Assembly: GCA_964447495.1 (NCBI GenBank)
Contig: CAYUTF010000019.1
Coordinates: 1-48,552 of the forward strand
Direction: 5' to 3'
DNA: 48,552 nucleotides
From: an uncultured archaeon
GTDB lineage: Archaea > Asgardarchaeota > Lokiarchaeia > Sigyniarchaeales > SOKP01
How positions within the stretch are numbered: position 1 is the stretch's first letter; every line of letters begins with the position of its first letter. The notes under the pieces were generated by a model. It did no database searches and was not told the DNA's origin. It saw only the letters and a list, made by a program, of their open reading frames with translations. Below are positions 37,852 to 47,547 of the stretch, in pieces. A program made the position numbers and the translations under genes.

Positions 37852-39228
37852 TTATTTTTGAGTAATTTGAAAATAGACTTTTTCAAGCCTCTCGACAGCA
37901 GAAGTTATATCTTGTTTTGTTGACCCAATCGCAGCATTCATGACTATATAAGGAGTTGAATAATCAATACAACATGTTCCAAATGTATCTTCACTTGGAT
38001 TAAATACTCTTGGACCCGTCACCCTCATATTATAAAGGGCGCCTCCAAGTGCGGTTAATTTTTCTATTTTTATGTTTTTTAGTGTCATAGCAACTGCTAC
38101 TGGGTTAAAAATACTTAATAAGCGTTCATTGACTTTTTCAGCTAAATTTCTCAACTTCTCTTCTAAAATTTTTCTATTTTGTTGTTGATCTTTTAATAAT
38201 TTATTGTAGCCATTAATTCCTAAAGAAAGCATTGAGATTAAAAAGTTTACAATAGGAGTAGCTGATGCACGTCCTGCGTAAGCTTGGCTTATTTTTGTCA
38301 ATATTTCTTCGTTTGGAGATCCAATAATAGCTCCTCCTACAGGAGTGAGAGCATTTTTATCAGTTGATTGAATAACAGCATCTACCCTTCCAGCATCAAT
38401 TGCACTTCTAATTAATTTCATCCATTCTGGACTTTGAACACCATACGCATTTATGACAATATGATTTAAACCTTTTTCTTGAGCAAATTTACTAATTTCC
38501 TTAATATCGTCATGTTCTCGAGGGGGAAAAAAACTTGTTATAGAGATTACTGCAAAACAATCTTCATCATAACTCTTTATAATATCCTCGATAGGAACTC
38601 TAACCGCATCTCCATAAATTTTTCCTCTTATAATTTTAGGGGTTGTTCCCATTAAATTTAATGCTTTCAAGATAGATTTATGGTCTATTTGAGGAACTAA
38701 TACCTTTCTTTTTCGAAGCATATCATTATTATTCCAATCTGGCTTAAGAGCTCCCAAACATAATGCTAAGGACATTCCCGTACAAAGTGGGCTAACAATT
38801 GCTTTTTTTATATTAGGTAAACCGAAATTTCTAAGAAAATCCCGAGCCAAATAATTTACGATTTCATACATTATTGAGCCCCCCGGAGCTTTTGGTTGGG
38901 CGGCAGTTAAATATCCACTTCTACCCACTCCATGACAAAATCCGGCACTGGTGAGTAGGTGGAGTTTAGACGCGATTCTTGCCTCTCTTTCTCCTACACG
39001 TGATGCTTTATCATCTTTATCTGTATCCATATTCGAAAGTGTTTGCAATAAATATTTAATTTGTTCATCAGTCCAAGAATCCATAGGGATGCTTTTTTGT
39101 TCAAATAGAATTTTCATAGGTTTCAGAAAATTATCTAAAACCATGCTTCCTCGATTTAGCATATTCTGAGGGATAGGAGTATTTTCAAAATAATTAATTA
39201 TATTGTTAAAATCAACCAAAACTATCAC
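37852..39228 (-). CDS. spcS: O-phosphoseryl-tRNA(Sec) selenium transferase (SepSecS)
   Basis: GEREARI, HGVGRSG, QPKAPGGS, TGMS, NAYGVQ, GRVDA.IQSTDKN (PLP Lys), Y.GRAS and AAIG. Adjacent to tRNA-Sec. Confidence 0.95.
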   Translation of the reverse strand: MIVLVDFNNIINYFENTPIPQNMLNRGSMVLDNFLKPMKILFEQKSIPMDSWTDEQIKYLLQTLSNMDTDKDDKASRVGEREARIASKLHLLTSAGFCHGVGRSGYLTAAQPKAPGGSIMYEIVNYLARDFLRNFGLPNIKKAIVSPLCTGMSLALCLGALKPDWNNNDMLRKRKVLVPQIDHKSILKALNLMGTTPKIIRGKIYGDAVRVPIEDIIKSYDEDCFAVISITSFFPPREHDDIKEISKFAQEKGLNHIVINAYGVQSPEWMKLIRSAIDAGRVDAVIQSTDKNALTPVGGAIIGSPNEEILTKISQAYAGRASATPIVNFLISMLSLGINGYNKLLKDQQQNRKILEEKLRNLAEKVNERLLSIFNPVAVAMTLKNIKIEKLTALGGALYNMRVTGPRVFNPSEDTFGTCCIDYSTPYIVMNAAIGSTKQDITSAVERLEKVYFQITQK

Positions 39229-39250
39229 TATTTTTTATTTTTAAGGATAA

Positions 39251-39343
39251 TGGCGGCCCTCGAGGAGAATCGAACTCCTATCCCTCCGCAGGATAACTAG
39301 GTTTGAAGCCTAGCGTCAGAGACCACTCCGACCGTCAAGGGCC
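39251..39343 (-). tRNA. selC: tRNA-Sec(UCA), 9/4 fold, CCA encoded
   Basis: GGCCCUUGA/UCGAGGGCC 9-bp acceptor, GUCGGAG/CUCUGAC 7-bp D stem with 4-nt loop, GCUAGG/CCUAGU 6-bp anticodon stem, UCA anticodon, long variable arm, GGAG/CUCC 4-bp T stem and GCCA end. Confidence 0.96.
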
Positions 39344-39422
39344 ATTAAATTATGAATTATTAATAATTACAATATATTTTAAAATTTTAATGAATTTTAT
39401 GATTTTTTTAAAAATAATTCTG

Positions 39423-40448
39423 TCACAGATTATTAATCGCTAGATTTTCCATAAGGAATTTCCCTTGTTTTAAAATCTGTGTTTCATCAAACCAAAGAGA
39501 ACAATTTTTCATAATTCCATCCACATGACCCGGAGAATTCCAATCTGCACCAGTTTTATGAGGTAATGGACTTCCAAATGCTAAATGCACGCCAGGAAAT
39601 TTCTCATCTTGTAATAAATTGCTTATTAAATCATTAAGAGCAATATTAGTACCACATGCGAATTCTCCAACCTTATTTCCATTTTTGTCGTTCCTTAAAT
39701 ATTCTTTAAATTCTGATAAGAGATCACTATTATCACAAGAAATTTCATCTACAATTGCTCTTGAGTTTTTTATTGGAATCGAAATTGGAGTATCCTCAAG
39801 ATTACCATATTTTTCATTGAAAAAATCACCTAATGTCCCATCTACAACCATTATACCTTCAATAGATTCAGGGCAAGTAAATACTTCCCCGGCAGGTAGA
39901 TTCCCCCACATACCCTTATACCATAACAACCCCGTATCAGGCACCCATTTTAATTTATTAGAGAACCTTACTTTTAAATCTGTTCCATTTGGTGTAATTA
40001 CTTTTGCACTTTTGGAGTTAACAGCAATTCCCATTATCGCATAAGTTAGACTGGCAACTTTATAATAATCCGCTTGCATCCCTGTCATCATAATTTTGCT
40101 GTTGATATTAGGCATATGAATTTCCCTTCCAGAAATTATTGCTTGTTCTACAAGAGGACCTCTGAACTTTTGAAGTTCACCTTGTTTAGCTTGAGCTGCA
40201 TAATAGGTCACATCACTTCTTTTTACATCATCCTTAATCTCTTTAGGAATATGATTTAATGGTCTTTGATCATATTCCTCTAAGATATGGAAATTTACTT
40301 TTGGTGTTATCTCTTCGGCAAATTTTCTGATAATTGTTCCTATTTTTATCGTTTCCCTATCAGTTATTATTGTTGCTTTTTCATTATGTAATAATTGAGA
40401 ACAAGTCTCAACAATAGTCCTTCCAGCCTGTTCAAAAGTTTTTTCCAT
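39423..40448 (-). CDS. M29 family (thermophilic metalloprotease) aminopeptidase
   Basis: GTDL, GNLPAGEVF..P, G.MVVDG, GEF.CGTN, DEK..GVH.AFG and H.D. Confidence 0.87.
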   Translation of the reverse strand: MEKTFEQAGRTIVETCSQLLHNEKATIITDRETIKIGTIIRKFAEEITPKVNFHILEEYDQRPLNHIPKEIKDDVKRSDVTYYAAQAKQGELQKFRGPLVEQAIISGREIHMPNINSKIMMTGMQADYYKVASLTYAIMGIAVNSKSAKVITPNGTDLKVRFSNKLKWVPDTGLLWYKGMWGNLPAGEVFTCPESIEGIMVVDGTLGDFFNEKYGNLEDTPISIPIKNSRAIVDEISCDNSDLLSEFKEYLRNDKNGNKVGEFACGTNIALNDLISNLLQDEKFPGVHLAFGSPLPHKTGADWNSPGHVDGIMKNCSLWFDETQILKQGKFLMENLAINNL

Positions 40449-40469
40449 TAAATTTACCTTTATTTTAAA

Positions 40470-41138
40470 TTATTTAATAATTCTATCTTTAATATCTTCA
40501 CATCTTATCCTTCTACATCCGGGAGTCATCAGACCTAAATTGTATACAGTATCCAAAAAGTTGACAATTATATGCGATGTAGCACCAAATATTACGTATC
40601 TCTTATTATCTTGTGGCTTATAATTAAATTTACCCACTCCAATTAATTCATCTTTCAGCTTATAGGTTCTTTCCTTAAAATTTCGTTTATTTGCAAAAAA
40701 AGTAATTGGTATCTTCACAATTTCTTTTACTTCATAATCCTGTTTTTCCATTCTTTGATTTTCGCTTATACATGCAACAAATGCTGTAATTATGAAACCT
40801 TTAGGAGTTAGATGATCATCAATGCATCCCAATATTTTTACGTTTTCTTTAGATATTCCTAATTCCTCTTCTAATTCTCTTAGAGCTGTATCTAAGTAAG
40901 ACTTATCAAGATAAGGATCAAATTTACCACCCGGGAATGACATCTCTCCTGAATGTTTATCATTTATCTGTTTTGTTCTACGAATCAATACAAGATCATA
41001 TGGCTTATCGTCATAGGGAATAATTAAAAATACAATTGCGGAATTAACAAAAAATTCATGATGCATAGATATACGTTCTGGTGAATCAAAATCAAACAAA
41101 CGACTTCTGATATACTTCTCGTCAAATATAAAATCCAT
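40470..41138 (-). CDS. CoA pyrophosphatase (Nudix, NudL-like), copy 1
   Basis: R.....KHSGEMSFPGG, TALRE.EEELGI, EV and IFGAT. Confidence 0.88.
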   Translation of the reverse strand: MDFIFDEKYIRSRLFDFDSPERISMHHEFFVNSAIVFLIIPYDDKPYDLVLIRRTKQINDKHSGEMSFPGGKFDPYLDKSYLDTALRELEEELGISKENVKILGCIDDHLTPKGFIITAFVACISENQRMEKQDYEVKEIVKIPITFFANKRNFKERTYKLKDELIGVGKFNYKPQDNKRYVIFGATSHIIVNFLDTVYNLGLMTPGCRRIRCEDIKDRIIK

Positions 41139-41150
41139 AGACTCTCGCTT

Positions 41151-41861
41151 TTAAAAATTTTTAGTAATTTGATTCCTGTATTTTATATATTCCTTAAGAT
41201 CTTTAATTTTTTCCAATTTAAACCTTTTTAAACCCAAATTTGACATTTTAATATCATACACTGTCTCGATAAAAGTAGTAATTAAATAAGCTGTTGCTCC
41301 CCAAATTGTATATTTTTCCTTATTCTTATCGTCAATGAAATTGAAATAAAAAATTGGGAATTTATTGCCGCCAATATCTACTGCTTGTTCACGAAAATTC
41401 TTTTTTTTTATAAAAAAATCTATTGGTATATTTAGAATTCTTTGAACCTCTCTATCTTCTTTTACTAATTGTTGATTCTCATTTATTATCGCGACAAAAG
41501 GGGTTATTACATACTTAGTCATAGTAGGAAAATCATCCAAACAACCAAGGAATTTAATTTTTTCTTTGGGAACTCCAATTTCCTCTTCAGTTTCTCTTAG
41601 TGCAGTATCTTTTAATGATTTATCTTTTGGAAATTCAAATTTACCCCCTGGAAATGATATCTCTCCTCTGTGTCGGGTCCCTCTATTAGAGCGATGGATT
41701 AATATTAAATCATAAGGTCTATCCTTATATGGGATAATAGAAAATAGCACAGCAGAACTTGTAAAAAATTCATCTTTAAGAGAAATTCTTTGTGGAGCTT
41801 CATAAGGAATTAATCTGCTTTTAATTAGAGTTTCATTGAAAATTAAATCTAAAGAGGTCAT
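41151..41861 (-). CDS. CoA pyrophosphatase (Nudix, NudL-like), copy 2
   Basis: RS....H.GEISFPGG, TALRETEEEIG and IWGATA. Tandem paralog. Confidence 0.88.
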   Translation of the reverse strand: MTSLDLIFNETLIKSRLIPYEAPQRISLKDEFFTSSAVLFSIIPYKDRPYDLILIHRSNRGTRHRGEISFPGGKFEFPKDKSLKDTALRETEEEIGVPKEKIKFLGCLDDFPTMTKYVITPFVAIINENQQLVKEDREVQRILNIPIDFFIKKKNFREQAVDIGGNKFPIFYFNFIDDKNKEKYTIWGATAYLITTFIETVYDIKMSNLGLKRFKLEKIKDLKEYIKYRNQITKNF

Positions 41862-41946
41862 TAAATTAGAGAAAAATTTTAAGATGTTAAATAATTACAA
41901 TTCATAATATTATATTGTAATAAAATTTTTAGAAAGCTGATAAAAG

Positions 41947-42249
41947 TTGAAACTCCCAAAAGAACTCAGAGAAAAGAGAGAACTTAGCACCACTGTTGGT
42001 AAAGAAAAGATGTGTTCCATTAAAGGATGTGGTGAAATTGCAATTCGTTCACTTTCAGAAAACAAATGGAAAGATTATGTCGAAAAAGCTAATTTAAAAT
42101 ATATCGAAAATAAGCAGCACAAAATCTATTTATGCAAAAAGCACTATAAAGATGCAAATAAGTTCAGAAAATCTCAGGAAAAAAGGTATCAGAAGAAGGG
42201 ATTCTTAGAAGACACAGAAAAATTAAGTCCTGGAAAGAGATTTGATTAA
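41947..42249 (+). CDS. Small basic zinc-binding protein
   Basis: CSIKGC...LCKKHY Cys3His pattern, Lys-rich. Confidence 0.65.
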   Translation: MKLPKELREKRELSTTVGKEKMCSIKGCGEIAIRSLSENKWKDYVEKANLKYIENKQHKIYLCKKHYKDANKFRKSQEKRYQKKGFLEDTEKLSPGKRFD

Positions 42250-42266
42250 TTGTTGTTTTATAACTA

Positions 42267-42392
42267 TTACGGAACAAGCGTCATTTGTTCATAAAGTAAT
42301 GTGAAGTCTGTAAATTGAGCTTCTATTATACCTATTGTTAGAAATGATAAAGCTAACAGTAAGATTATAAAACCAATTAATTTTTTTCTCAT
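42267..42392 (-). CDS. Unannotated 41-aa single-pass membrane peptide
   Basis: Hand translation MRKKLIGFIILLLALSFLTIGIIEAQFTDFTLLYEQMTLVP: basic N-terminus plus hydrophobic core, co-directional with the upstream gene. Confidence 0.55.
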   Translation of the reverse strand: MRKKLIGFIILLLALSFLTIGIIEAQFTDFTLLYEQMTLVP

Positions 42393-42441
42393 ATAAATCG
42401 ATTATTAAAATATTTGAAATAAATTAAAAGTTTACTTTATA

Positions 42442-43332
42442 CTATTTGGCTAAATCTACTAAAGTATTAATTTTAGATTCTATCTTTTTTAGCCTTACTT
42501 CAAATTCTTTATCATAATTATTAAATTCGTCTTCTGAGATTTCTTTAGCAGAGTATCTCCCTTTATTAAGATTCTTTTCAGTTTGCAATTCTGCTTTCTC
42601 CATCTTCAACTCTTTTATCCATAATTTCATGCCTGTTGTTAAATCTTCTTTTTCTTGTTCTAGATCCGACTTTTCTTCCTTATATTTTTCTCGCAATGTT
42701 TCAAATGTTTCTTGGTCAATTTTGTGTAATTTATATTCTTTCGTTAAATTTTTAAGTTGGAAGATTTTAGTTTCGATATCATTCGCAATTCTTTGGACAA
42801 TGAATGGTTTACTTTTTTTCTTATCAATTTCTGCCTCTTTCTCCTTATATTCATTAATAAGTGCTTTTATCGCATCTACTTTTACATTTATAGATGTTTT
42901 ATATTCCTCATCAACTTCGTATCTTGGATCTTTTAGAGACTTCTGAATCTCTTTTAATCTATCAGATAAAAACTGTTTATTGATTTGAATATCATTATAA
43001 TCAATATAAAGGATCATTTGCTCCTTTACTTCAAAAGGAAGTGGTTTTTCAATAATTTCATCTTTTCCCTTTTTCTTTTTCTTCTTTTTATCTTTTTTTT
43101 CTGATTCTACGTCTTTTTCTGTAATATCACTCTCAATTCCCTCTTCTTCCAGAATTTCCTCTCTTGTAATTGGTTTCCTAGGTATAGTTTCTGTTTGTTT
43201 TATTTCTTTTGATGTTGTTTTGTCCTCCTTGGTTGATTTTGGCAAATCTCTTAGAACAGGCTTACCACAAATGATACAGAACTTATCACTTGACTTTAAG
43301 GGATTCCCGCAATAGACGCAGTACTTTGACAT
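42442..43332 (-). CDS. Zinc-ribbon + charged linker + coiled-coil protein (CdvA/SHOCT-like repeats)
   Basis: YCVYCG...FCIICG, a Lys/Glu-rich linker and two repeats (Y.LHKIDQETF..L..KY / YSAKEISEDEF....KEF). Confidence 0.6.
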   Translation of the reverse strand: MSKYCVYCGNPLKSSDKFCIICGKPVLRDLPKSTKEDKTTSKEIKQTETIPRKPITREEILEEEGIESDITEKDVESEKKDKKKKKKKGKDEIIEKPLPFEVKEQMILYIDYNDIQINKQFLSDRLKEIQKSLKDPRYEVDEEYKTSINVKVDAIKALINEYKEKEAEIDKKKSKPFIVQRIANDIETKIFQLKNLTKEYKLHKIDQETFETLREKYKEEKSDLEQEKEDLTTGMKLWIKELKMEKAELQTEKNLNKGRYSAKEISEDEFNNYDKEFEVRLKKIESKINTLVDLAK

Positions 43333-43550
43333 GATTTCTTCACTTTATAAATTCTATAAGATTCAAATAATAAAATGTGTATATATTTAAAAGTAAAATC
43401 TAATTAATTAAATTTTATTGGAGTCCAATTTTTAAACTACTTTCTTTAGAATAATGCTGTACCTTATTTGAGTTTGGTGTTTAAAATCTTAATGAATTTA
43501 AAGTTTGAATGAATAATTTAACATAAGATAAATTTGAAATAACTATTGTA

Positions 43551-45005
43551 GTGATTGTAATTTTTGACATAGAAAATAAAACATCGGTTCATATTGGACT
43601 ATTCGGGCATATTGATTCAGGAAAAACAGCAATAGCAGCTCGATTAAGTGAAATAATATCAACTGCGGGAATTGATGCGCATCCCCAGAGTAAGGAACGT
43701 GGGATTACAATAGATTTAGGATTTACTAGTTTTATACTGGATAAATATCTGATTACTTTGGTAGATGGACCTGGTCATGCAGATCTGATTAAAATAAGTG
43801 CTTCCTCAATTGAAATTATTGATTGTGCCATTATAGTAATTGATATTGTTAAAGGACCGCAAATTCAGACGGGTGAGCATCTAATTATGATTGAATCTTT
43901 AGATATTAAGGATGTAATCGTGATATTAAACAAAACAGATTTATTTAAGGGAAACATTGATGATGAAATAAAAAAAATAAGAAAATTTTTTGAGTCTACT
44001 TCTTTTGGTCCTAATGTCCCTATATTTGCTGTATCTGCTATGAAAAATGAGGGATTCGAAGATTTAAAAAATGGCATTTTGGAAAAAGTAAAAAGTTTAG
44101 ATATACAACGAGATATTCAAGATCCAATAATTATTCCCATAGATCATCATTTTTCTATCAAGGGAAGAGGGGCTGTTATTACAGGAACAATATTAAAGGG
44201 AAAATTAGAATTAAACCAAAAATTAGACATAATCCCGGTAAACACCTCAGGACGAGTAAAATCGATTCAAATTTTTCACCAAAACGTTGAGTCTGCTAAA
44301 GCAGGAGATAGAGTAGGATTAAATATAAAAGGATTAGATATTAAGAAAATATATCGGGGTTGTTATGCTACAAACGATATTTATCAATTTGATCAGAGTG
44401 ATTTATTAGAAATTGAGGTGAAATCAAATAAACTATTCAAGAAGGAAACTAATTTTGGCACGCAAGTGCATGCTACCATTGGAATGTATACAACTGTGGG
44501 AAATATATACCCTTACTATCAAATTGAGGAAAAAAAAATCAAATTAGACTCCATAACAAATCAATACCGTTTTAAAGCGTTCTTATGGTTAAATGAAAAT
44601 GTTATCATTAGCAGAGAAAAGTCTCCTTTACTATTGAGCAGATTAGACTTACCTCCTACTACTCTAAGGATATTAGGTTCGGCTAATTTAATTAAAGTAC
44701 ATAAAGAGCCCCCACTATTATATAGATTTAAAGAAAAGAAAGGGATCATCCAAAATCCAGATCACAGTCAAGGAGTTGTATGTAAAGGATTAGCAGAATC
44801 TCATGAAGGAGCAAAAAAGATTATAGGACGCAAACTTGAATCTCCGTTTACAAAAATATTAAGCCCATTTGGAACCAAAGGAGCAGTAATTATTGGTGTA
44901 GAAAAATCTGCCGTTAAAAACATTAAAAAAGGAGATAAAGTAATTTTAAAAGAATTGAGAAGTTTTAGACTTAAATCCAAAAAAGATTTAAATGTGCAGA
45001 ATTAA
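43551..45005 (+). CDS. selB: Selenocysteine-specific elongation factor SelB (archaeal/eukaryotic type)
   Basis: GHIDSGKT, ERGITIDLGF, DGPGHADLI, QTGEH, NKTD, IDHHF.IKG.G, RLDLPPTTLRI.G and a C-terminal GLA.S...FGTKG domain IV. Confidence 0.93.
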   Translation: MIVIFDIENKTSVHIGLFGHIDSGKTAIAARLSEIISTAGIDAHPQSKERGITIDLGFTSFILDKYLITLVDGPGHADLIKISASSIEIIDCAIIVIDIVKGPQIQTGEHLIMIESLDIKDVIVILNKTDLFKGNIDDEIKKIRKFFESTSFGPNVPIFAVSAMKNEGFEDLKNGILEKVKSLDIQRDIQDPIIIPIDHHFSIKGRGAVITGTILKGKLELNQKLDIIPVNTSGRVKSIQIFHQNVESAKAGDRVGLNIKGLDIKKIYRGCYATNDIYQFDQSDLLEIEVKSNKLFKKETNFGTQVHATIGMYTTVGNIYPYYQIEEKKIKLDSITNQYRFKAFLWLNENVIISREKSPLLLSRLDLPPTTLRILGSANLIKVHKEPPLLYRFKEKKGIIQNPDHSQGVVCKGLAESHEGAKKIIGRKLESPFTKILSPFGTKGAVIIGVEKSAVKNIKKGDKVILKELRSFRLKSKKDLNVQN

Positions 45006-45032
45006 TTAATAATATTAAGTGAGGTAGCAAAA

Positions 45033-45467
45033 ATGGAAAGAATACACCCTTCTGAAATTGAAATAAATAAAGATATTTTAGCTGAATTAATGCGATTTCT
45101 TGAGAATTTAGAAAGCTCAACCGATTTAGAAGGAACAGCAATTGTATCAAAAACAGGTTTAAGAATCGCAAGCTCAGAAACCGCTGATATTGTGGCAGAT
45201 ATTTACAGTGCAAGTCCAGCTACACTAATCTCTTTAGGGGAAAAAATAAGTAATGGATTGGGTCAAGGAGATTTAAAAGAAATTGTTATACGGGGCGTAA
45301 AGGGTTATACTATTATACTTGTAGGAGATGCGGATAATAATTTTATGCTTTTTACAAATTGCAAGAAAGGATATAAATTAGGATATTATTTCCATAAAAT
45401 TAGAAAAGCTTTTAAAGAAATGGAACCGTTCTTAAAGAAAGTAGAACAAATAGAAATGAAGTATTAG
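45033..45467 (+). CDS. Roadblock/LC7 domain protein
   Basis: L..L....DLEG.AIVS..GL.IAS, A.L..LG.....L..G.L.EI..RG..GY.I and LG. Confidence 0.85.
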   Translation: MERIHPSEIEINKDILAELMRFLENLESSTDLEGTAIVSKTGLRIASSETADIVADIYSASPATLISLGEKISNGLGQGDLKEIVIRGVKGYTIILVGDADNNFMLFTNCKKGYKLGYYFHKIRKAFKEMEPFLKKVEQIEMKY

Positions 45468-45510
45468 TTTTATTCATTTTTTAATTTAAGGAATAGAATA
45501 AAAGAATTTT

Positions 45511-45939
45511 TTAAACATTTACATGTTTCCAGTAAATACTATCTCCATGATTTAAATAATAGTCGGCTGCTCCAACTCCAGCAAATAAACCATTCACATA
45601 GTATACCCAATCTCCATTAACTCCATTAATCCCTATGACTAATGCCCCACTTCCAAAGAGCGATAATTGTACAGTGCATTTTTCTTCAAGAGCATCTAAA
45701 ACTGCAGTATTATACCCAAAAAGGGAAAAGTTTTCCCAAGATTCGATAGGTTGAGTTACATACTCAATAGTTAAACTAATATTATACACTTCAGGTAGAC
45801 GGCTACTTCTCCCCGTAATTAGTCCCCCTTGATTCAATAAGGGGAGATAAAAAAAACTGAATACCATAAGACCTGTAAAACTTGATATTCCTACAGCCGC
45901 AATGAGTATAATCTTTAAGTGTTTTTTCATTATTCCCAA
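45511..45939 (-). CDS. Membrane-anchored DUF4430 (transcobalamin C-terminal-like) protein
   Basis: N-terminal TM, then LDAL, G..V.GINGV, W.YYVNG...VGA..Y.L..GD.I.W. Confidence 0.8.
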   Translation of the reverse strand: MGIMKKHLKIILIAAVGISSFTGLMVFSFFYLPLLNQGGLITGRSSRLPEVYNISLTIEYVTQPIESWENFSLFGYNTAVLDALEEKCTVQLSLFGSGALVIGINGVNGDWVYYVNGLFAGVGAADYYLNHGDSIYWKHVNV

Positions 45940-45955
45940 AAATAAAAAAAAATAA

Positions 45956-47353
45956 TTATGAATTAATTTTTATTTTCCTTCTAAAAGTATATATAATCAT
46001 ACTAAAGGTAATTATGCTGACGCTTAAGATAAGATTAATTGAAAATGAAGGAATTTGCACTTGAGGTCCTTCTTCACCTAAATCTACATCATAGTTTTCT
46101 ATGGTGATTTCGAGATGGTAATTTTGACCTATCGTATCAGTATACAGAAGCAATCCGGTTAATTTTTCGTATATTAATCTTGTCTCTTGAGGAAATGAGC
46201 CTCCGCATTTAAAATACATATCTATTGTTAAATCTGTTTCTTTGTAAGAAAATTCACGATCTGCTATATATGACGATGCTGCTAATACCTCTGATTCTAT
46301 ATCATATGTATCATTATTTATTATAGGTAATAGAAATCCGGAGAGAAAGCTTGGGAATGAAATTAATAATGCATTAGCGCTCTCCGTATTTGAGATATTA
46401 TTCATCTGCATTGTTATATCAGTGCGCACATCACCTACATAAACAATCTTAATATCTAACCATGGTCTCCCATTTGCATATTTGAATGGATCAGGATCCC
46501 ATAATAGCGGATCTCCATGGTAGAAACCTGTGAAATTAACCAATATATATCCCCTTTCTGAACTTGTAGCAAAAATGTCTTTATAATTACCCCATAAGTC
46601 AGTCCATATTGCCCAACCTAAAGGTTCAAATGTATTTACCTCATATTTATATTCTTCCTCAATGTTCAATGTGTAATTAGCTAAAGAAATAGTCAGTTTA
46701 TAATCCCCTATCGAGGTGTTTGCCCTCACTAACAATCCTGAATTGACATCATATATCAATTCTGAATCCTGGTTTTGAGTAGAGCCAAATTCTTCAAAAT
46801 GAAAATAGAGAAAATTATATGACTCTTCCATAGTAAGAGTTGCTGTTTTTCCTGACGCACCCCCAGATTCTAAAGTAGCATTTGCTTTTATCCACGCGCT
46901 TTGATTGTATGGGATAATGAATCCCGACTGAAATTTTGAAAACCCTAATTTTAGATTTCTTGCAACTTCACCATTAGAGACATTTGAAAGGGAGAAGTTA
47001 AGATTTGTGTCTTTATAGATTTCAATATTAAACCAGGGCATAGTTACATCTGAAAAGACATCTCCGATTACATCATCGGGATCACGCGCAAAAAAACCAG
47101 TGATATTGACCCTTATCTCATCACCTATCGAAGTAGCCCAATAACCTTCTGATTCGTCAGAAAAGTTAAACCAATTTGAATCTTCACCAAATTCTAGAAC
47201 GTTATATATATAAATTCCATTCAATTTTAATCGATCAGAGTATTCTGGAGGGATAGTTCCATTCGCTTTGACATTAGGAACTGCAAAGTAACATATACTT
47301 AAAAATAAAATAGTTACGGTTAGAAGTCCAATTAGATTCTTTTTTGATTTCAT
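45956..47353 (-). CDS. Secreted cell-surface protein with two tandem ~200-aa repeats and C-terminal sorting signal
   Basis: Signal peptide, duplicated VN.TGF/PW..I.I/N.SN.E.A/F.SGF..P/LIY...GLL blocks, and IPSF + TM + RRK tail. Confidence 0.75.
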   Translation of the reverse strand: MKSKKNLIGLLTVTILFLSICYFAVPNVKANGTIPPEYSDRLKLNGIYIYNVLEFGEDSNWFNFSDESEGYWATSIGDEIRVNITGFFARDPDDVIGDVFSDVTMPWFNIEIYKDTNLNFSLSNVSNGEVARNLKLGFSKFQSGFIIPYNQSAWIKANATLESGGASGKTATLTMEESYNFLYFHFEEFGSTQNQDSELIYDVNSGLLVRANTSIGDYKLTISLANYTLNIEEEYKYEVNTFEPLGWAIWTDLWGNYKDIFATSSERGYILVNFTGFYHGDPLLWDPDPFKYANGRPWLDIKIVYVGDVRTDITMQMNNISNTESANALLISFPSFLSGFLLPIINNDTYDIESEVLAASSYIADREFSYKETDLTIDMYFKCGGSFPQETRLIYEKLTGLLLYTDTIGQNYHLEITIENYDVDLGEEGPQVQIPSFSINLILSVSIITFSMIIYTFRRKIKINS

Positions 47354-47547
47354 AGAAGGTTCCTTTATTATAATTTTAATTATATTAATTTTTAGATAAA
47401 TAGGAAATATAACCTATTTTTCTTTTAATGAATAATCACAATCTTTATCATATATAAAGCTTTTTAATTGGGTTTAATATCGAAAATTCGTTAAAAAATT
47501 GTAGGTAAAAACGCCTTATTTTTAAATGTTGAAATATTAAGAATATT

